A DNA stretch of 53,696 bases, from assembly GCF_001194135.2 (NCBI RefSeq), contig NC_068998.1, positions 51,317,823 to 51,371,518 on the forward strand, written 5' to 3'. Source of the stretch: Octopus bimaculoides (Eukaryota). How positions within the stretch are numbered: the first letter of the stretch is position 1; each line of letters begins with the position of its first letter. The notes under the pieces were generated by a model. The model had not been told where the DNA came from, did no database searches, and worked only from the letters and a program-made list of their open reading frames with translations. Positions 50,168 through 53,696 of the stretch are shown one piece after another. The position numbers and the translations under genes were made by a program.

Positions 50168-50556
50168 AAAGATCACTGGGAAGTGATAGCATGCGAAACT
50201 AGTAAATGGTCGTTATGTGTTGATTGTAGGGTAGGGTGGTAGATTTAGGTTCATCAGATGTAACGAGGCCGTATAATTCTCTATTCCATCTCATTATGTA
50301 ACCGTCTGGGTAAGTGTCTTTTAACATATTATATTTTGGGACGACCGTTTTGCCAACAAACACATGCATCCTTTATTCGATATTCACTTTTGACAAATAA
50401 ACTAATAAAATTAAAGCTGAAGTGGAGATCTCATAAGACAAATAAACTAATAATAATATTAAAGATAAAGAGAACATCAATGTGAATAGTGCGTGTATTT
50501 AGTAGGTCAAACTTCGATGCAGAGACTCCCTAGTTGGGAGGTCATGTAAATGTTAT

Positions 50557-50762
50557 AATGGTTTCAAATTTTGCTGCAAGGGCACCCATTTGGGAAGAGG
50601 GGACTAGATCGACCTCCAGTAATTTAACTGGTACTTAATTTAATCGACCCCGAAAGGATGAAAAGTATAATCGACTGAATTTGAACTCAGAACATGAAGA
50701 CAGACGAAATACCGCTCAGCATTTCGCCCGGCGTGCTAACGTTTCTGCCAGATCACAGCCTT
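50557..50762 (-). mobile_element. Family B SINE, near full length
   Basis: Aligns along its length to 48887-49103. Confidence 0.92.
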
Positions 50763-52239
50763 ATGTCAGTGTTAAAATGATATGGCCTCACACTGCAATG
50801 GGTTAGTTTTATGTGATAAGAAATATTCCAGCAGATTCTGTGTATGATACACTTTGTTGTGCTGAAAAAAAAATGCATATCTAAAGACATAAAAGGAGGT
50901 AGAGCAGGGCTAGTGACACTGTATATGCATGTAAATGTATGTGTACGTATGTATTTGTATTGGTGTATATTTGTATGTGTATATGTGAAGGTGACTTTAT
51001 AAATGTAGACATATGTTTGCATGTACGCGTGTGTCTATATACGTGTAGATATATTTATATGCAAGTAAATATCTTTATACGTGCAGATATGCTTGCTGTG
51101 TGTACGTGTCTTTACGCACGTATATATGAATGGATGGAATGATTGACGGATAAATGTACGTATCTGAATTCATATCTACATATGTGCTTGTATGCGTGTA
51201 GATATGTACGTATGTATGTATACACGTACGTAAGCAGTCATTGATAAGAAAGCAGGATAGTTGTAAAGTCGCATGTACGATTTGATAAACTATACAAGGG
51301 CTTAGTTGCTTAGAAAACAACGACTTGTTAATTTCAAAGTTATCAAGACATTCATTCCCAAGAGGACTGCTGCAGATTATGTCGTCATATTAAAGTTGAA
51401 ATTCTAATCTGTGATAAGAAATGAAATTGCGGTTAGGCTGTGATGTCTAAGAAACAAAAACATTAGCAAGGAAACACTAAACATTAACAAAAAAGGCAAA
51501 AGAAAAAATGCTAAGTTTGAAGTTGGGGTCGCAATGTTTTCTAAAGCTTCTTTTTATAATTACTTTTCTTTGTGTCAACGCTGAGATTTTTCTCCGCGTT
51601 GCAAGATATTCTTTGCTTAAAACTGTCGGAATTTTACAATGTTACTACGTTCAGGTTATTATTTATAAAAAATCGAAATAAGACAGCGAACTGGTAGAAT
51701 CGTAAAAACAAATGTGCATAATTACTTGGGAAGATGTATAATTAATTAAAGCAATCCACCCCCGTACATCACCGGTATTTGTCGGAATTTGAACTTTGCA
51801 TATTTCTACTAATAATAATAATGGTTTCTGGTTAACCATTTTTTATTTTTCGTATATTAGTTGAAATAAATTTGTTTTCTGTCAATTGATTTTTAAAATG
51901 ATGAAAAATTTAATAAAATATATTTTTTCTCATTAAACTGGTATTCAGAACATAAATTAACATGAAATTTTGCTGAATGGTTTTAATTTAGATCACCTTT
52001 TCAAAGCGGTAAGGTGTGACTTGTGATATATTTGGCTACACTTTCTAGCAAATCCAGCAGCCACGTAGAGAGAGTTGCTGCGATTTAAGCAAAACTAACC
52101 CCGTTTTTTTTTTTGCCTTTAATTCTTCCAGCGTCAATAAAACGTAGTTCCAGTGAAATATCGGTGGGGGTCAATATGTTCTAGGCCCTCCCCGAAATAG
52201 TTGCTGCGTTGGTTTCATGTAAGCTGTTATCAAAACAGT

Positions 52240-52541
52240 CAGGCCATACGGCAGTAATTTGGGACGGAAGGTCTTAATCGATTACATCAACTCCAGTTCA
52301 TGGTTGATACCTTATTCTATCGACCACGTAAATTGTTTCCGGCGGGATTTGAACTCAGAACCTAATGAACCGGGAAAATATCTCAAAATAATTTTTCTGA
52401 CGTTCTATTGATAGTGCCATGCTATCCATTTTATGATATTCATCTCTAATTAAGGCGACGAGCTGGCAGAATCGTTTCCTTGCCGGACAAAATGCTTAGC
52501 AGCATTTCTTCCAACTTCACATTCTGAGTTCAAGTGCCATC
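52240..52541. mobile_element. Head-to-head family B SINE pair: ~52240-52428 (minus, diverged) and 52452-52541 (plus head)
   Basis: ggatttgaactcagaacc on the left; aaggcgacgagctggcagaatcg...ctgagttcaag on the right. Confidence 0.75.
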
Positions 52542-52544
52542 GCT

Positions 52545-52787
52545 CATGCATACCAGACTCCCCGCTACACGGGACCGATGTTGCCCAAAGGAAAGGCAAA
52601 GAGGCTGATACAGCTTGGCACCAGTGACGTCGTAACTCATTTCTACAGATGAATCAAGTGGAGCAATGGGAAATAAAGTGTCTTGCTCAACACCAAGAGT
52701 ACAACACGCAACCCGATCCGGGAATCGAACTCACAACCTCACCATTGTAAGCCAGACGCTCTAACCACATAGCTATGTGCCTTCACT
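52545..52787 (-). mobile_element. Family D SINE
   Basis: Reverse-complement match to 13586-13810, including the A and B boxes. Confidence 0.88.
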
Positions 52788-52820
52788 GATGTGTGTGTGT
52801 ATGTTTATACACATACGCAT

Positions 52821-52950
52821 ATTCCTTGCTCCTGTCATTTGGATGCGGCCATGCTGGAGCACTACTTTGAAAAGTTTTAGTCAAACAGATTGACCCCAGT
52901 ATTTACATATATTTAAGCCTATCTGGTTGCTACGTTACGGGAACGTAAAC
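52821..52950 (-). mobile_element. 3' part of family C SINE, diverged
   Basis: gtcatttggatgcggccatgctggagcac...gaccccag...gttacgggaacgtaaac. Confidence 0.8.
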
Positions 52951-53139
52951 TGTTAATTTATTTCTGGGTTCAGTTTGTACCTGTTGAATATCAGTGGCAG
53001 TTCTGTCGCACGAACAATGATCCATTGACCTCAAACAGAAATATAAAAGGCGAATCAATTTTGATTTCTCTTTAACGTTGTTCCATACATTCTGTCATAA
53101 ATTACGTAAACATTCGAAATTATATTATTATTTATGGTC

Positions 53140-53395
53140 AGTTCGACTGACCCCCTCTCCAAATATTTCGAGCCTTGTACCTAGGGTAGAAAGGAAAGAA
53201 CTTTCTGGCCTTGTGCCAAAATTTGGAACCGACTTGACTCTGGGTGATGAACTAGCAGAGTCATTAGAGCGTCGGGATGATTCTTTGAGGTTTTTGTTTC
53301 GCTAACCTACGCTCTCAGTTCAAATCTCACCTGGACCAGGTTTCCCTTTACTTATTTATTTTTAATTCGAAGTCGGAAAATAAAGAATAAAGTAG
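53140..53395 (+). mobile_element. Family B tail fragments followed by a diverged family B copy
   Basis: gactgaccccctctccaaa...ggccttgtgccaaaatttg tail, then gaactagcagagtcattagagcg...cagttcaaatc head. Confidence 0.65.
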
Positions 53396-53491
53396 CCGAA
53401 ATATACTCCCTCTCGGAATCGAACCAATGCTGTGGGTGCCGCACCATTGAATCGAACTCAGCTTACACCAACGTATATATATATATATATA

Positions 53492-53696
53492 TAAGGATAA
53501 GATCGGTATTTAAAATATTGATCTTATCAAGTGGTCAGCATGGGAATAAAAACCATCAAAGGTAATAATTATTTAAAATTATAATACAGGGTATCAAGAG
53601 ATACCACCACGCTGAAAAAATAGCAGTCAAATCCTGGCTCCAAATCCTTGCGGACATTTATTGTGGTTTTGGAGTCAGGATTTGACTGCTATTTTT
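53492..53696. mobile_element. (TA)n-bounded fold-back element, copy 2 (runs off the window)
   Basis: Matches 44390-44600. Inner hairpin aaaaatagcagtcaaatcctggctccaaa / tttggagtcaggatttgactgctattttt. Confidence 0.85.

Noticed and set aside
431-53305. Most ORF-track entries ([20 protein letters not shown], poly-X)
   Set aside because: They are translations of microsatellites, N-gaps or SINE bodies, with no recognisable domains.

Overview
AT-rich, microsatellite-saturated animal genomic DNA from a gapped scaffold (13 N-gaps, about 4.6 kb, most flanked by dinucleotide repeats). The interspersed repeats resemble families I recall from Octopus genomes, so the source is probably a coleoid cephalopod (inference from memory, not a database result). 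I recognise no host protein-coding gene; nearly all supplied ORFs are microsatellite or gap translations. The window looks intronic or intergenic. It holds many tRNA-derived SINEs of three families, a CR1-type LINE 3' end, and decayed LINE and DNA-transposon fragments. The main signal is a set of mutually unrelated short elements at seven loci, sitting in or beside (TA)n or related tracts. Each carries a minimal or type I hammerhead-ribozyme-like motif (CUGANGA - stem II - GAAA - short, usually palindromic stem III - NUH). Four also carry an inverted partial copy of themselves, including a ~950-bp, ~98% palindrome. Two loci (one of the seven, plus one without a clear hammerhead) retain GIY-YIG-like C-terminal peptide relics. 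Together this fits several families of microsatellite-targeting Penelope-like elements or retrozymes. Ribozyme activity is untested, and I cannot say whether these families are already described.
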